Source of the DNA: the human T2T-CHM13v2.0 reference genome, Homo sapiens
Assembly (NCBI RefSeq): GCF_009914755.1
Contig: NC_060938.1
Strand: one strand, 5' to 3'
DNA: 64,000 nt
The position numbers and the translations under genes are program-made. Below the pieces are notes generated by a model, which was not told the DNA's origin, ran no database searches, and saw nothing but the letters and a program-made list of their open reading frames with translations. Positions 61,761-64,000 of the stretch are shown piece by piece (within the stretch, counting starts at the first letter, position 1; each line of letters starts with the position of its first letter).

Positions 61761-62459
61761 AATTAAGCAGAGTAGAAATGAGCACACTGAATGTTCAAGA
61801 AACCATGTCATGCATGTAATTGCTCATGTGTATCCTACAGAAAAGAAAAATTGGAAGTTAGTTGATAGCTGTCTTCAAATGTCTGAAAAGTTATTAAGGC
61901 ATTAAACTTAATCTATGTACCAGAGAAGAAAACTAGTAAACACTAGTACATAGACACTATATATATACACATATATATACATGCCAATCATCTCTCTGTT
62001 TCCAACCCTATGGATCCTGATGTAAATTTATATAGAAATTTCATCTGCAGTTTTATAGACTACATACTCAAAAAATAATCAGATAACATGCAGATCCTGG
62101 CCTCTTAAGAGACTTATGTGTTCACACAGACATCATCAACTCCAAAAGTACAGTAAATTTTCAAGTGCCCTCCTCCAAATTCTATCGGCTCTCAATAAAA
62201 ATATATATCGTTTCTTACAATGATGAAATAAATAGAGGGAGTAAGAGAACAGACTTTTTTTAAGCTTTATTACTCTGTTCTTTAGTGTTATAAGTAAACT
62301 AGTCTGACTACTTAGTTGAAATTCAAAAATCTTTAATTCTAAAATATATATATATAAATATATATATAAAAATATATATATTTAATAAGAAAAGAGAAGC
62401 CTTCTGCACTGTTGAGGCCTTCTGGCTTTTTACTAGGATGTTCCAACAGAATTCAAACA

Positions 62460-62634
62460 GCAGTAACTCAGTTCTGAATGCAAGTTAGAATCACCTGGAA
62501 ACGAGAAAATGCTGATATCCAGGTTCCTTCCCCAAGGAGTTAGATTTTATTAATCTGGGCTGGCAATCTGGAATTGGTGTATATGAAAGCTCTCCAGCTG
62601 GTTTTAATATTCAGCCAAAGTTAAGAACCACTGG
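62460..62634 (+). mobile_element. MER5A/B hAT-Charlie element
   Basis: 'ttagaatcacctggaa...aaaatgctgat...aagctctccagctggttttaatattcagccaaagttaagaaccactg'. Confidence 0.8.
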
Positions 62635-63044
62635 TGGAGTCTTAATTATTACACAAGGATTCTAACACAATTAACTAGGAAAAAATATTACATAACAAAA
62701 AAATTATTACATAAAACAATGAAACATCATTATGTAAGTTTATAAACATTGAAAGCCATGGTATGGTAGAGATCAGTAGAAGGGCAGCAAGTTTGGACCC
62801 TAAGATTTCAATGTTATTATTGATACCAGGTTTCTGTGTAAATATCAAGACAATAACTACAACACATATATGAAAACAAATTTCAGATGTTTCATTACAG
62901 TGTAGCCATTGGGAAAAAGCACACTTACTAGGTTCAGAAATAGGATTACAAAGATGGATAAAACAATGCCTCTGCTCACAAGCAGCTCAAAATTGAGATT
63001 TGAAGCAAAATAGCAGCATAGCTGGAGCATGAGACTAAAGTTTC

Positions 63045-63250
63045 TTTATTGAGTTCTTACTGTGTGCTGGGCACTGCTCTAACATAGCACATGAAATGTC
63101 TTTGCCCCATTTTACAGGTAAAGAAATGGAGGAACTTAAAGGATAAGGAAATTATCCAAAGTCATATTGTTGGTAATGGTGGAGCAAGGACTTTAACTAC
63201 AACACCACACCTGGAGAACCTGCACTTGTAACCACCATGCCATACCACTT
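63045..63250 (-). mobile_element. MIR (opposite orientation to the 61615 copy)
   Basis: 'ttattgagttcttactgtgtgctgggcactg...ccccattttacaggtaaagaaatggagg...ccaaagtcatat'. Confidence 0.75.
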
Positions 63251-63469
63251 TTCAATCTCAAAATCTCTCAGATTCTGTTAGTCAATGACCCACTGTCTTC
63301 TGTGAAAATTTGTATGCGCTTATCAAGAAAGAAGTGTTCTTTTGAAAACTGAAATTATTTGGTGCCTTATTAAAAGCAAGATTTGAGATACTTTGTTTTC
63401 TTTTTTAAGGTTTTGAACAATGTTTAACAAAAATAAATTAGTGATGTTTGACTTTCACCAGTGGAAAAC

Positions 63470-63890
63470 AATTCTTGGTAACTTACAACCTAGATAATTT
63501 TATAGAAGTGGTTGGATAAAATAACTTATAAAATTGAAAGAAAACCTGGAAAAACACATCTTGGCAAGTTCAGGGACTGAAGAGGTTCTGGCAATATAGG
63601 AAGCAAGAACAATAAACTTTTTCAAGTCTCTCAGATTTAAATAAATCATATTCAACCATGTCCTCTGCTTGTATCACTTTACTAAATATTCAGATTTCAG
63701 GAAGAGTGGGATTGGCTGAGCTTTGGGTCACATGCCCACCTGCTAACCAGGAGAGACTTGGCATCTTGATAATCAATTCTACCATAACCACTTGAAATGT
63801 GGAGAAATATGTCTCCAAAGAAATTTCTTAAAAGAATGATGGAATCAGGCAATAACCTCTGGCTAATAAACCCCTACTAATATTGAAACG
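63470..63890 (-). mobile_element. Old MaLR-like LTR (MLT1K/L type), tentative
   Basis: 'gattggctgagctttgggtcacatgcccacc'. Confidence 0.45.
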
Positions 63891-64000
63891 GAGCAATGCA
63901 ATAATTTTTAAAAGCCTTATAAAATAAGTCTGTCTGTTGGTTAAAAACTGCCCCGAAGAGGAAGTGGGAGGGTGCAAAGTGTAATTCATTTGCAAGATAG

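Overview
AT-rich primate (human-like) genomic DNA that looks intronic or intergenic. It is dominated by retrotransposons: 8 Alus, L1s of many ages (L1ME/L1MA/L1MB to L1PA2), MaLR/ERVL LTRs, MIR/L2, and Charlie1, MER33, MER5A and Tigger13a DNA-transposon fossils. I recognise no cellular protein-coding gene, RNA gene or CpG island. The long ORFs are L1 ORF1/ORF2/ORF0 remnants, a hAT transposase remnant, Alu-derived or chance. I found no convincing novel biological system. Three structures stand out. (1) At 53.9-59.6 kb, a near-full-length L1PA with no 3' end is fused to the inverted 5' end of a second L1. This makes an in-frame ORF2-ORF0-like fusion and puts antisense-promoter splice donors downstream of a sense promoter. 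(2) At 15.2-17.5 kb, a twin-primed L1PA2 sits in one copy of a tandem duplication; the other copy keeps the empty site, and the target is a short copy of a neighbouring old L1 that is homologous to the young element's truncation point. (3) There are several template-switch-type palindromes and duplications and a few unverified exon/microexon candidates. Repeat subfamily names come from recalled consensus sequences, not a database search, and boundaries of old repeats are approximate.
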